Origin: Candidatus Latescibacterota bacterium
GTDB taxonomy: Bacteria > Latescibacterota > UBA2968 > UBA8231
Reading direction: 5' to 3'
DNA length: 64,000 nt
Assembly: GCA_965208105.1 (NCBI GenBank)
Contig: OZ242318.1
Location: forward strand, 992,001-1,056,000
Shown here: positions 55,113-64,000 of the stretch, piece by piece
Layout: every line of letters starts with the position of its first letter
Position numbering within the stretch: position 1 is the stretch's first letter
The notes under the pieces: generated by a model
Database searches by the model: none
The model's input: only the letters and a program-made list of their open reading frames with translations
What the model was told of the DNA's origin: nothing
Program-made: the position numbers and the translations under genes

Positions 55113-57224
55113 GTGAAATCCTGGTACAGCCAAGTCCTGGAGCAAGGTGATGCTGCCCTGCGGGCCCAGGTAGCCAGAGCCTTGCTGAAGGGGCGCAAGC
55201 CCCGGAAGCCCAGGAAGCCGGACCACTTCGGCCGCATCGTCGAATACCTGCGCAGGGGTCACCACTGCTGCGGGGTGGTGCAGGGGGACCCGAACAAGTC
55301 GAGGTCTTTGTGGGTTCTGAATCAGGAGGGCAAGGAGGCCTGGGTGAGCCATCGCAAGCTCATCGACATGTCGAGCGAAAAAATCGGGCTGCGGCAGCGC
55401 CATGAAATCGTCCGCGCCCTGCGCCAGGTCAACCGGCGCCGGGAGAGGATAAAGGGGGAGCTGAACCTGCGGCCCCTGTGGGAATTGGCCGCCGAGGAGC
55501 CGGACCGAAAATGGGCCCTGAGCGAACTGGCCGAGCTCTACTTCGGGGAAGACCAGGACAGCGACCGCCTGACCGCCCTTGCCCGGCTCCTGGGAGAGGG
55601 GAAGTTTTTCTCCCGGCAGGAGCAGCACTATCTGTCATTGCCGGCAGGCAAAGTGGAAGAGCGCGGCCGGGCATCGGAGCAGCGGCACCGCGATCGAGAC
55701 CGATTGGAGGAAGCAGCCCTTTGGCTGCGGCAGGTGGCGGATGGCAAAGAGGGCGCCCGGCCGGAGGGGGCCGCGGAGGCCATTGCCGTGTTGGAGCAGG
55801 CAGCCCTGTTCGAGGGAGAAAGTCCAAGGGCAAAAGAGGCGGCCAGGTTGATGAAACAGGCGCATCTGCACGGTCCGCTGGCGGCCTTCGATGTCCTGGT
55901 CAAACTGGGACACTGGGACGTGAACGAGAATCTCGAGCTGCTGCGCTGCGATGTGCCCGTGGACTTTTCGACAAAGGCCCTGGCCGAAGCGGCGGAGCTC
56001 CGCGGGCTGCCTGCGGCTGGACGCGGGCGGCGCTGGTGGGGCCGGCGGGTCTACGGTTTTTCGCGGGATGGGAAGGTTTGTGACAGGGCCTTCAGCGTGC
56101 GTCGGACCCTCTTCGGATACAAGCTGGGCCTGCACTTCGCCGTCCCCGCCTTGCTGGTGCAACCAGAGGGCCGGGTGGAGGTGGAGGCCATGGAACGCGG
56201 GGCTTCCATATACCTGCCCGATGGTTCGATCCCCATGTTGCCGCCTTCCCTGGCCGCTGCCGCTGGGCTGACTCCAGGGGAGCGCCGGCCCGCCCTGACC
56301 GTGGAGGTGCGCCTCGATCTCCGCCGCCAGATCAAGGGGTTTGCCCTCCGCCTGTGCCGGGTCAGGCCGCGGATGGTCTTGCGCATGGAGGAGGCAGAGG
56401 CCCGGCTGGCCGCCGATCCGCACCTGCGCTGGTTGTACGATCTGGCCCGGACCCGGCGGCAGACGCGGCGACAGAGGGGGGATTTGATTCTGGCCGCGCC
56501 CGAACTGAACATGGATTTCAGGGAAGGGGCGGTCCGGATCCAGCGCCTGGAGGCGAACCAGGCCGGGCCGCTGATCTGCGAGGAGCTGAAGTTGCTCGCC
56601 CAGGAGCTGGCCGGGGCGTTTTGCGCTCGAAATGGCATCCCATCGGTCTACCGGGTCGAGCCTGTTTCCCCCGGAATCTCGGTGGAGGGAGAGGAGTACG
56701 ATGCCGCCCGGGTACACGCAGGGAAGAAGCAGATGTCCCGAGGAAGGCTGCAGACCGAACCCCCGGCGCACGGCCCAGGGAGGGTGTGCATCGGCCATCC
56801 CCTCGATGGCTACGAGGATCTGCTGATGCAGCGACAACTGCTGGGCTTTATTGCCGACGGCACCCTACGGTACGTCCGGGAGGATTTGGCCCGGGGCCTG
56901 AGCGCCACCGCCCTGGCGCGCGAGACGGCAGCAAAGGTCATGGGCTCGGCCCGGCACTACTGGCAGCTGAAGTACCTGGAGGAAAAGGCGGGAGAAGAGG
57001 TGGAAGGGGTTGTGCTGGAACGCGCCGGGGTTGGAATCCTGGTCGAACTGGACTGTTGCCTGTTGAAGGTCTTTGTGCCCGGGAGACGCGAGACCTGGGC
57101 CGCTCCGGGAGATCGAATTCGGGCAATGGTAGGCCTGGTTTCGGCGCGCCGGGATTTGATTCGTCTCGAGCATCCCCGGCCTCTTCAGGCCGGTGCAAAA
57201 GATTACTCCTCCGTTTCTCTTTAG
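55113..57224 (+). CDS. RNB-domain (RNase II/R-like) protein with degenerate catalytic motifs
   Basis: RGASIYLPD..IPMLP, YEDL..QRQL, C-terminal S1-like domain. Confidence 0.78.
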   Translation: MKSWYSQVLEQGDAALRAQVARALLKGRKPRKPRKPDHFGRIVEYLRRGHHCCGVVQGDPNKSRSLWVLNQEGKEAWVSHRKLIDMSSEKIGLRQRHEIVRALRQVNRRRERIKGELNLRPLWELAAEEPDRKWALSELAELYFGEDQDSDRLTALARLLGEGKFFSRQEQHYLSLPAGKVEERGRASEQRHRDRDRLEEAALWLRQVADGKEGARPEGAAEAIAVLEQAALFEGESPRAKEAARLMKQAHLHGPLAAFDVLVKLGHWDVNENLELLRCDVPVDFSTKALAEAAELRGLPAAGRGRRWWGRRVYGFSRDGKVCDRAFSVRRTLFGYKLGLHFAVPALLVQPEGRVEVEAMERGASIYLPDGSIPMLPPSLAAAAGLTPGERRPALTVEVRLDLRRQIKGFALRLCRVRPRMVLRMEEAEARLAADPHLRWLYDLARTRRQTRRQRGDLILAAPELNMDFREGAVRIQRLEANQAGPLICEELKLLAQELAGAFCARNGIPSVYRVEPVSPGISVEGEEYDAARVHAGKKQMSRGRLQTEPPAHGPGRVCIGHPLDGYEDLLMQRQLLGFIADGTLRYVREDLARGLSATALARETAAKVMGSARHYWQLKYLEEKAGEEVEGVVLERAGVGILVELDCCLLKVFVPGRRETWAAPGDRIRAMVGLVSARRDLIRLEHPRPLQAGAKDYSSVSL

Positions 57225-57389
57225 CGATCGGCCTCCTCGGACGCAATTTTAATGGCCATTCCACCGAGTACATGTGGGGTCTGCAATTCAACTCGAACCG
57301 GGTGAGGCTTTGGCGTCCCCATCTCGCAAAGCTCGCGAAGCTCCAGCCGACTGGGGCAGCGTTGCGGCGATCGCGGTAACTCGCCCCTA

Positions 57390-57551
57390 GTGTCCCGTCG
57401 CAGAGATAGGTTGGCGCAATTGGGCCGCCGAGGCGCCTGGCTCACTAGGCGCCTGAGCGAGTCGTACATGTGGTGTACGGCGAGTGAAGGCAACGCCGTG
57501 AGCCAGGATGGATCGTCGGAAAAATGGCGAAATATTTCTGCGACGGGACAC
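57390..57551. mobile_element. IS630-derived MITE (162 bp)
   Basis: TIRs GTGTCCCGTCGCAGA(G/A)ATA; TA duplication in a CTAG target once the IS110 is removed; minus strand ends QPISATGH-stop, like IS630 transposase C-termini. Confidence 0.72.
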
Positions 57552-57604
57552 TGATATGTATTGACGGTTGTCAACCCCCTCCGGGGTGGTCGTTTCGGGT
57601 GTTA

Positions 57605-57812
57605 TCTTTGCATGAGTTTGTTCGGGAACAGAAGGGACGCTGTAGCGACGGTTGATCCGACTGATATTCGCGGGTTGGTTACCGCCTGTCCTGGGTGCGT
57701 CGCGGAGCGGCCTCAATCTAGAGTCGAGGGTCAGCCTGATAGGCGCCTCATAGTGTCTTCGAGGATTCTCCTGACCGGTCCCTTCTGTCCCGTTTCGATT
57801 TACATGAGCAAA
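57605..57812 (-). ncRNA. Putative bridge/seekRNA of the IS1111-type element
   Basis: Closing stem 57623-57638 with 57778-57792; internal loop with target-matching segments; donor-matching CTGATAT at 57661; ends approximate. Confidence 0.65.
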
Positions 57813-57845
57813 GGTCCTATGCCGGCTTCTGAGACGATGAGCTTA

Positions 57846-58985
57846 TCAGGCGGCGATCCGAGGCCTCCTGGCCACGAGGCGGCCGGGGCGTTTCTGCTCC
57901 CAGGCGATGGCCCAGATGAAACCCAAAAGCTCCCGCGCGATCGCGGTGCAGACTTTGTTTTTCGGCATCCCTCGCCCACTCAGCCGTCGATAGCGTCCAC
58001 ACAGGCGTTTCTGTGCCTTCCAGGCGATGGCCTGTATGGGGGGTGCGGTCTGTTCGGCGCGTCGTTGCAAGGCGGCCGTCTTGCGGGCGGGAAAGCGATA
58101 GCACCAGGCCGCTTCCACCAGCACGCGCCGCACGTGGGCGTTGCCCGCCTTGGTGATCGCCCCTCGCTTTTGGCGGGAGCCGCTGGAATGCTCGCTGGGG
58201 ACCAGACCGACGAAGGCCATCAGTTGGCGCGGCGAGTCAAAGCGGGTGAGGTCCCCCAACTCGGCCAGGGTCGTAACCGCGGTGAGCGTGTCTACCCCGC
58301 GCAGCGCCCTCATAGCCCGCGTCTCCCCTTCCAAAGACCATCCCTCCAGCGCCTGCTGCAGGGCCTGGTCCAACCCCTGGATCCGACCTTGGGCTTCCTG
58401 TACCGCGTCCACGTATTCCTGAAAGACGATCTGCTGGGCCGGATGATCGAAGCGCTGGGTCTGCAGCCAGCGAAAGTGGGCTTGGGTCCAGCGACTGCGC
58501 CCGGAGTAGATCCGGCCGTGGCGCTGCAAGAAGCTGTTCAGCCGCTGGCGCACGCGGCGCTCGGCGTGCTTGAAGTCTTCCCGGCAGCGCTCCAGATCGC
58601 GCATCGCCTCCTGCGCTTCGTCGGGCACCCACACGGGGGTCAACTCGCCGTGTTGGAAAAGCCGCACCAGAGACACAGCATCGCGGCGGTCGGTCTTGAT
58701 GCGGTCGCCCGGCCGACGCGGGATCAGCGAGGGCGCCACCACCGTGCAGGCGTGCCCCAGGGCTGTGAGCTGACGGTAGACGCCGTAGCCGCAGGGTCCG
58801 GCCTCGTAGCAAAACCGCAACGAGGTCCCACCACGGGCCAGTTGGCCCGCCAGCTTGGACAACGCGGCGCCCGTAGACGGTATCGTTCCATACAGGTCTG
58901 GCCCTTTTCGGCCTTCACCGGCCAGGGCGACGGTGATCGAATCTTTATGTATGTCCAAGGCGACGAATTTCGTAGATTTACGCAT
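57846..58985 (-). CDS. IS110-family recombinase/transposase
   Basis: ALDIHK, YEAG, KTDRRDA (DEDD); GLVPSEHSSG, ITKAGN, AIARELL. Confidence 0.95.
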   Translation of the reverse strand: MRKSTKFVALDIHKDSITVALAGEGRKGPDLYGTIPSTGAALSKLAGQLARGGTSLRFCYEAGPCGYGVYRQLTALGHACTVVAPSLIPRRPGDRIKTDRRDAVSLVRLFQHGELTPVWVPDEAQEAMRDLERCREDFKHAERRVRQRLNSFLQRHGRIYSGRSRWTQAHFRWLQTQRFDHPAQQIVFQEYVDAVQEAQGRIQGLDQALQQALEGWSLEGETRAMRALRGVDTLTAVTTLAELGDLTRFDSPRQLMAFVGLVPSEHSSGSRQKRGAITKAGNAHVRRVLVEAAWCYRFPARKTAALQRRAEQTAPPIQAIAWKAQKRLCGRYRRLSGRGMPKNKVCTAIARELLGFIWAIAWEQKRPGRLVARRPRIAA

Positions 58986-59098
58986 GGCCTCCTCCTTCTC
59001 GCTGGGGATAGGTCTTTGGGTGAACTCCGTTTTCCCAAAGATAACCCCCGACAACCGAGTCGGAGGAGGTCTTTCATATCTCCGTCAATACATAAGGT

Positions 59099-60238
59099 CT
59101 AGACCCCGGCTAGGGCCTGAGCAAAATCCGCGCACAAATCCTCGGCGGCCTCGATTCCGCAGGCCACTCGCACCAGACCGTCGGTTATGCCCATGGCCGC
59201 CCGCTCTTCCCCACTCAAGCCGCTGTGCGACGTGGTGGCCGGCCGGGTAATCAGGGTTTCGACCCCGCCCAGGCTCGGAGCCGAGGCCGGCAGGACGAGC
59301 CTGGACAGCAATCGCTCTGCGGCTTCCACTCCCCCTTGCAGCTCGAAGCTCAATACCCCACCCGCCCCCGTGAACAGCCGTTGCGCCCGCTGATATTGCG
59401 GATGGCTTTCCAGCCCCGGATAATTCACCCGTCTCACCTGCTCCTGCCCGGCCAGAAAGCGCGCCAGCCGCAGGCCATTTTCGTCGTGCTGGCGCATTCT
59501 CAGCGACAAGGTCTTCAGGCCTCGTTGCAGCAGAAAGCAGGTGTGGGTATCCAAGGTCCCTCCCAGGTGATTGAGTTTGTGGGTAATGGCGTTGATGCGG
59601 GCAGCCGAGCCCACTACCACCCCGGCGACGAGGTCCGAGTGGCCGTTGAGATACTTGGTCGCGCTATGCAGCTCCAGGTCGAAACCGATCTCCAGCGGGC
59701 GGAAGTTGCACGGCGAGGCAAAGGTATTGTCGATCAGGGATACCAGCTCATGCTCGCGGGCAAATTCCACCACCGCCTCCAAGTCCGCCACCTCCAGCAG
59801 CGGGTTGGTCATTGTCTCCACGTAGATCGCCCGGGTCTCCGGCCGCAGCTTGGCCGCCCATGTCTCCGGCGCATTGCCGCCGATGAAGTCGTAGCTCAAG
59901 CCAAAATCCGGCGCATCCTGGGTAACAAAGCCGTGCGTGCCCCCGTAGAGGCAGTCCTGGATGAGCAGGTGATCGCCGCTGTTGAGCACGGTCAGGGATG
60001 CGGTGGTAATCGCGGCCATCCCCGAGCCGGTGACCAGGGCAGCCTCGCCGCCGCAGACAGCGGCCAGTTTGGCGTGCAATACGCGGTGATTGGGGGTGTT
60101 GTTGAGGCGGAGATAGCGGATGTCGTCGTATGCCTGCTCGTCCTGCGAGACATATGTCGAGCTCTGGAAGATCGGCAGCACGACGGCTCCGTCGATGCGC
60201 TCCTCGCCGGCGTGGACGAGGCGAGTCTGAATATCCAT
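59099..60238 (-). CDS. Cys/Met metabolism PLP enzyme (cystathionine gamma-synthase/lyase family)
   Basis: [43 protein letters not shown]. Confidence 0.92.
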   Translation of the reverse strand: MDIQTRLVHAGEERIDGAVVLPIFQSSTYVSQDEQAYDDIRYLRLNNTPNHRVLHAKLAAVCGGEAALVTGSGMAAITTASLTVLNSGDHLLIQDCLYGGTHGFVTQDAPDFGLSYDFIGGNAPETWAAKLRPETRAIYVETMTNPLLEVADLEAVVEFAREHELVSLIDNTFASPCNFRPLEIGFDLELHSATKYLNGHSDLVAGVVVGSAARINAITHKLNHLGGTLDTHTCFLLQRGLKTLSLRMRQHDENGLRLARFLAGQEQVRRVNYPGLESHPQYQRAQRLFTGAGGVLSFELQGGVEAAERLLSRLVLPASAPSLGGVETLITRPATTSHSGLSGEERAAMGITDGLVRVACGIEAAEDLCADFAQALAGV

Positions 60239-60310
60239 GTTGGTTTCCTTATCTGGTTTTCAGGGAAATTTTAGTGTGCAGCCGCTCGTATAGCGGAATG
60301 AAGTTCCGGC

Positions 60311-60347
60311 GGCAGGTTGGCCGGAGCCGAGGGTGCTCGTGTTATGC
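60311..60347 (-). repeat. attC-like half site 12 (R'' arm only)
   Basis: ggcaggtt..gagccgagggtgctcgt-gttatgc resembles the right half of site 6. Confidence 0.65.
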
Positions 60348-60372
60348 GAGGCAGGCCAACATATAGCCATTG

Positions 60373-60948
60373 TCAGGTTTCAGACCTTCCGAACATGAAG
60401 GACATTTCCCGATGAAAGCTCATGTTGTCGTCGGGAACTATGTACTCCAATCTATCGCAAATGAACGACCCTTTCGGCGCCGTGTTCTGAAGTTGGTCGC
60501 AAAGCTCGAGACTCTCCTGTATCGAGATGAACTCCGCGATCGTCATATGAGGTGGTATGTGCCTCCTCTTGTACACCTTGCTGCCAAATGCCCGGGATTT
60601 ATGGAGGGCCTGCTGCAACGCGCGAATCGGCTCAGCGGGATGTATTGAGTATGAGACACCCGGATGCTTGCTGGATGCGTGGAGTGTACGGAAATGGAGA
60701 TCAAATGGCTGGAATTCCTGCAATATGCCTTGGATCTCGGTTTCGAGGTCTGGAGTCATCTCCAGGCTGAGCGGGTCCGATACGGAGATGTGAGTACCGC
60801 AGGTGGCATGAGATTTCGGATCGTAGCGCTCCCGCAATGGATCTATTAGATCGCTCACCTCTTTCGGAGGCATGATGAGGATCAATCCGAGTCGATAGTC
60901 GAGCTGCCAATCCTCCCACCTATCTGTATTCTGTGCATACCTGACCAT
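60373..60948 (-). CDS. 2H phosphoesterase / 2'-5' RNA ligase family protein
   Basis: LRERYDP..THIS and PHMTIAE (two Hx[S/T] motifs). Confidence 0.8.
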   Translation of the reverse strand: MVRYAQNTDRWEDWQLDYRLGLILIMPPKEVSDLIDPLRERYDPKSHATCGTHISVSDPLSLEMTPDLETEIQGILQEFQPFDLHFRTLHASSKHPGVSYSIHPAEPIRALQQALHKSRAFGSKVYKRRHIPPHMTIAEFISIQESLELCDQLQNTAPKGSFICDRLEYIVPDDNMSFHREMSFMFGRSET

Positions 60949-60949
60949 C

Positions 60950-61729
60950 CTAGTTCCCCTCCCGGGCTACGTGCACCGCCTCACCTCCTGGAGGGTTCCA
61001 GACAACCTGGACCTGAGAGAAACCTGCCTGCCGAAGGAGATTGGTCTGGGTCTCGACCGGCAGAGTTATGTCAAAGTTCCACTCGCCACGGTCGCCGCCC
61101 GGCAGCTTGCCGATCCACCTGTTGTACCAATAGAGGGTGTCTTCTTCTCCCCTGGGATCCTTGTCTGATTGATCGCCCTCGACGTAGACGCCGGCAGGCC
61201 GCAATGCTTCTCTCACCCTCTCATAGACGGGAACTTTCTTCTCGGGAAGAAAATGGTGCATCGTAAGGACTGAGACGGCGTAATCGTACTCCTGGTTTCC
61301 AAACGGAATATCCAGCAAATTGCCCTGGACCAACCTCAGCTGCCCGGATTTGTCAGCGAACTTGGCTTCGAGCTGTCCAAGCATGTTGGGAGCTCTATCC
61401 ACCGCCGTAATGCGCGCGTTGGGAGCTCTCGCAAAGACGAATTCGAGCTGTATACCGGTCCCGCAGCCAATGTCCAGAATGTCGATTGGTTCATCGGTCA
61501 GTGGTATCTGGCCGGCAACGGCCTGGTAGAAGGGGTCGTCCGGCCCAACACCAAACTTCCTGTCCCAGATGTCAGCGGTGGAGTTGAAGAAGCCAAAGAG
61601 TTCCTCGACGCCGTCATGCATCCAGTCTTTGACATCGTCGCCCGATGGTCCCGGGGCAATGCGTATTTGTTCCCTTCGCCTCAGAAATTCTTCCTCTATC
61701 GCCTGTGATTCAGGCTTGTCCGCAGGCAT
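60950..61729 (-). CDS. Class I SAM-dependent methyltransferase
   Basis: ILDIGCGTG, TAVD.A..ML, YD..VS..TMHH, L.P.G. Confidence 0.88.
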   Translation of the reverse strand: MPADKPESQAIEEEFLRRREQIRIAPGPSGDDVKDWMHDGVEELFGFFNSTADIWDRKFGVGPDDPFYQAVAGQIPLTDEPIDILDIGCGTGIQLEFVFARAPNARITAVDRAPNMLGQLEAKFADKSGQLRLVQGNLLDIPFGNQEYDYAVSVLTMHHFLPEKKVPVYERVREALRPAGVYVEGDQSDKDPRGEEDTLYWYNRWIGKLPGGDRGEWNFDITLPVETQTNLLRQAGFSQVQVVWNPPGGEAVHVAREGN

Positions 61730-61771
61730 ATTGTTCTTCCCATTTCGCAGACCCATAAAGGCCACAGTTTC

Positions 61772-61870
61772 ACCTGATGTTTGTGGGTTTATGAACCCCG
61801 AGCTTGTCGAAGGATTGCCGAAGGCCAAGACGCCCGGAGGGCGAGGCAAGCGTAAACCGTTCGGTTACCC
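61772..61870 (-). repeat. attC-like site 13
   Basis: gggtttatgaaccccgagcttgtcga..ttgccgaaggccaagacgccc..cgtaaaccgttcg-gttaccc. Confidence 0.75.
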
Positions 61871-61882
61871 GATAGCGTCATC

Positions 61883-63547
61883 TCATCTGGCCCCGGCTCT
61901 GCGCAGGCGTCCGGCCACTTCGTCATGATCATTGCGCTCAACCCACGCCAACGGCCTGGCCCAGGACGCACCTCCACCGTTGGGATCGGCCCCTCGCTTC
62001 AGCAGTAGCTCAACGGCCTCGAGATGTCCCGCACGCGCTGCGAAGCCCAGAGGTGTCGACCTATCTTCCTCGTCCAGGGCTTCCAGGTCAGCACCGTGGT
62101 CCAGAAACATACGGATGAGCTCCACCGCATGCTTGGCCGTGTACGGTGAGCTCCACAGGTCGTGCAGGGGAGTACGCCGTTGCCAGTCCGGGAGATTTGG
62201 GTCCAGACCGTGTTCCAGCAGCTGCCGCGTCATATGGGGTGCCTGGTACAGGTAGGTTTTGCACTCGGTCAGCACCGCCGGCATGGGATACTTTCGTGCC
62301 AGAAAGATCTTCAGCAACGCCTCGTGCGCGGCGGTAGAGTCGCCTTTGTCCAATCTGCGCCGGTAGCCACTGACGATGGCTGTGTAGGGAGTTCTCTGGA
62401 ATTCCCACTCCTCCTGGCTGAACGGGTCGTCGCAGTAGCGCAGGATTGTGGCTGCCGTCTCCAGCTCGCCGCGCTGCAGATACCCCCATGCAACCCTGGG
62501 TTTGCCACCATGCGAGTAAAGCAGGCCTCGCATCTCGTCGGTCTCGGCCCGGCTCGCCGGAGTGCCGCTGGAGTCGATCCCGCCATTGGGGTCCGCTCCG
62601 GCTTCCAGGAGCCAACCGGCCATCTCGAGGTCGTTCATAAGGGTAGCCGACATCAGCGCGGAGCCCTTCGGACAGGTTCGTGTCTCGCGCAGCCCCGCAT
62701 CGGCTCCCTGATCGAGAAGAAATCGCGCTATCTGCCGGTGACCGCGCTCAACAGCCGCCGAAAGTGGCCGCTTCCCCAGCGTGTCAGGATCGTTGGCCTG
62801 AGGGGTGTGGGCTTGTACGAAACCCCGCAAGGCATCCATATCCCCACGCGCCGCCGCCAGCGTCGCAGAATCCTTGGCCCCCGTACGGTACAAGGCATTC
62901 GCCAATTGCTCGGGATTCTCTCGCAGGTTCCAGTAGGTACCGCCCCAGTAGGCGTAGTGAACGGGCCGAAATCCAGCGTGGTCGACAGCATCCACCGGCG
63001 CGCCGACATCGAGAAGAGCCCGCAAGGATATTTCGTCGCGCTTTATCACCGCCGAATGAAGGGGGGTTCGGCCGTCGCGATCAACTTGCTCCACAAGCTC
63101 CGGCGCAGCAGCCAGCAAACGTTTCACTTCCTCACTGTCTTCCAGGTCGATGGCTTCGTGGAGTCGCAGGTCGGAGACAACCGCATCCACACCAACTTCG
63201 CTGCGAAGATACTCGGAGACTTCTGTGTGACCGCGATCGTCGGCCAACTCGATCAAATGGGCAGGTTTTTCGGGCCGATGTGCGGCCCAGAGTGTTTTCG
63301 TCGCTTCCAGATTGCCTTCTCGCACGGCGAAGTGAATCGGGGTCGTGTACCAGAACTCGAGCCGAGCGCAGTGCGGATCGTCGGCAAGGCGCCGCTGCAG
63401 AATTTCGACCTCGTTGCGAATCGCCGCGCAGAACAGGTCCCAGGCCAGGCGGCCTTCTTCGGTTTCCACACACCGTGCCGGACGTATCATGCCGTCGATT
63501 TTGTCCTGCGCCGTCCGTCCGTCCTCGTCGGGTAACCTTCTCACCAT
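61883..63547 (-). CDS. Ankyrin repeat protein
   Basis: Multiple TPLH/TPIH..A..G..LL..GADPN repeats. Confidence 0.9.
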   Translation of the reverse strand: MVRRLPDEDGRTAQDKIDGMIRPARCVETEEGRLAWDLFCAAIRNEVEILQRRLADDPHCARLEFWYTTPIHFAVREGNLEATKTLWAAHRPEKPAHLIELADDRGHTEVSEYLRSEVGVDAVVSDLRLHEAIDLEDSEEVKRLLAAAPELVEQVDRDGRTPLHSAVIKRDEISLRALLDVGAPVDAVDHAGFRPVHYAYWGGTYWNLRENPEQLANALYRTGAKDSATLAAARGDMDALRGFVQAHTPQANDPDTLGKRPLSAAVERGHRQIARFLLDQGADAGLRETRTCPKGSALMSATLMNDLEMAGWLLEAGADPNGGIDSSGTPASRAETDEMRGLLYSHGGKPRVAWGYLQRGELETAATILRYCDDPFSQEEWEFQRTPYTAIVSGYRRRLDKGDSTAAHEALLKIFLARKYPMPAVLTECKTYLYQAPHMTRQLLEHGLDPNLPDWQRRTPLHDLWSSPYTAKHAVELIRMFLDHGADLEALDEEDRSTPLGFAARAGHLEAVELLLKRGADPNGGGASWARPLAWVERNDHDEVAGRLRRAGAR

Positions 63548-63557
63548 TTGCAACCCC

Positions 63558-63620
63558 GCCTAAGAGAAGTCTCGAAGGCCAAGGGGCGAATGTCCCTTGG
63601 CGATAATGGGTACGATATAT
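63558..63620 (-). repeat. Degenerate attC-like site 14
   Basis: gcctaag..cgaaggccaag..gatatatgaag shares motifs with sites 3, 4 and 13. Confidence 0.4.
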
Positions 63621-63694
63621 GAAGTTGGAATCTGGTTGTAGGTAAGAATTGTCTCAAGTCCCGGCGTGATAGCTCAAATTGCCCGGTGGGCTCA

Positions 63695-64000
63695 TCAGCC
63701 TGCCCTGATCCTCGGATCTCGAAAACGCGCAATTGCGTGAGGTCCGTAGGTTCCCAGGGAGATCGTCCCGGTGAGGTCGTCGTTCACGTCGACATCGCTC
63801 ACGGGCTGCCTATCGACAAAGCTTTTGACTGTTGATCCCTCGACTGCAAGGAGCAGGTCATACTCTCGGCCCCACTCGATGTCCATGTCGAGGAGCTGGA
63901 GCACGTTGGTGCCATGCTTGCCTCGTTCATAGCTGCTTATCGCCATCTTTCCCATCCCTCTGAGCCAATCGAGCATGTAGATTTTCGGGCGCTCCACAGT
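63695..64000 (-). CDS. Partial protein with a beta-sandwich (DUF1080-like) C-terminus
   Basis: W.REY.L.L.VEG..V..FVD, GTISLG..A.FRD.RI; 5' end lies outside the window. Confidence 0.5.
   Translation of the reverse strand, partial: TVERPKIYMLDWLRGMGKMAISSYERGKHGTNVLQLLDMDIEWGREYDLLLAVEGSTVKSFVDRQPVSDVDVNDDLTGTISLGTYGPHAIARFRDPRIRAG

Larger units (their letters stand above)
57553..59100 (-). mobile_element. IS110-family, IS1111-type insertion sequence
   Basis: 13-bp subterminal IRs TATGTATTGACGG (57555-57567) and CCGTCAATACATA (59082-59094); CT core at both junctions; long non-coding region downstream of the transposase. Confidence 0.88.
60311..63620 (-). mobile_element. Gene-cassette array, segment 2 (more degenerate sites)
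   Basis: Same site family at 60311, 61772 and 63558 between co-oriented minus-strand genes; probably continues past the window edge. Confidence 0.6.

Noticed and set aside
1-64000. rRNA or tRNA genes
   Set aside because: No recognisable tRNA cloverleaf with T-loop and acceptor stem, and no rRNA conserved blocks, seen by eye; tRNAscan-SE and barrnap would confirm.

Overview
Bacterial, mostly GC-rich window. Its gene content (many PhyH-type Fe/2OG dioxygenases, beta-propeller glycosidase-like proteins, a DUF6785 membrane protein, ankyrin repeats, KMLLLK-stop C-termini) resembles Latescibacterota/Poribacteria-like lineages; that placement is inference. The first 45 kb is a mosaic of catabolic and accessory genes mixed with gene fragments, orphan antitoxins and a 5-copy dispersed repeat. 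From about 45 to 55 kb and again from 60 to 64 kb, co-oriented minus-strand genes are separated by a family of 80-105 bp attC-like sites, with no integron integrase in the window. Main observation: each well-preserved cassette carries its own terminal inverted repeat of about 15-30 bp (GTTA-NNN-G-MM-A, then a second stem). The variable bases covary between the two ends of the same cassette and position 11 is always mismatched, which goes well beyond the canonical 7-bp R'/R'' pairing. Also present: an IS1111-type IS110 element whose downstream non-coding region has a loop matching its own target and donor, inserted at the end of an IS630-derived MITE; a SoxR-box promoter pointing at a Rieske-fusion gene; and a 35-bp palindrome upstream of both AAA-DUF4143 genes. 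All calls were made by eye, without database searches.
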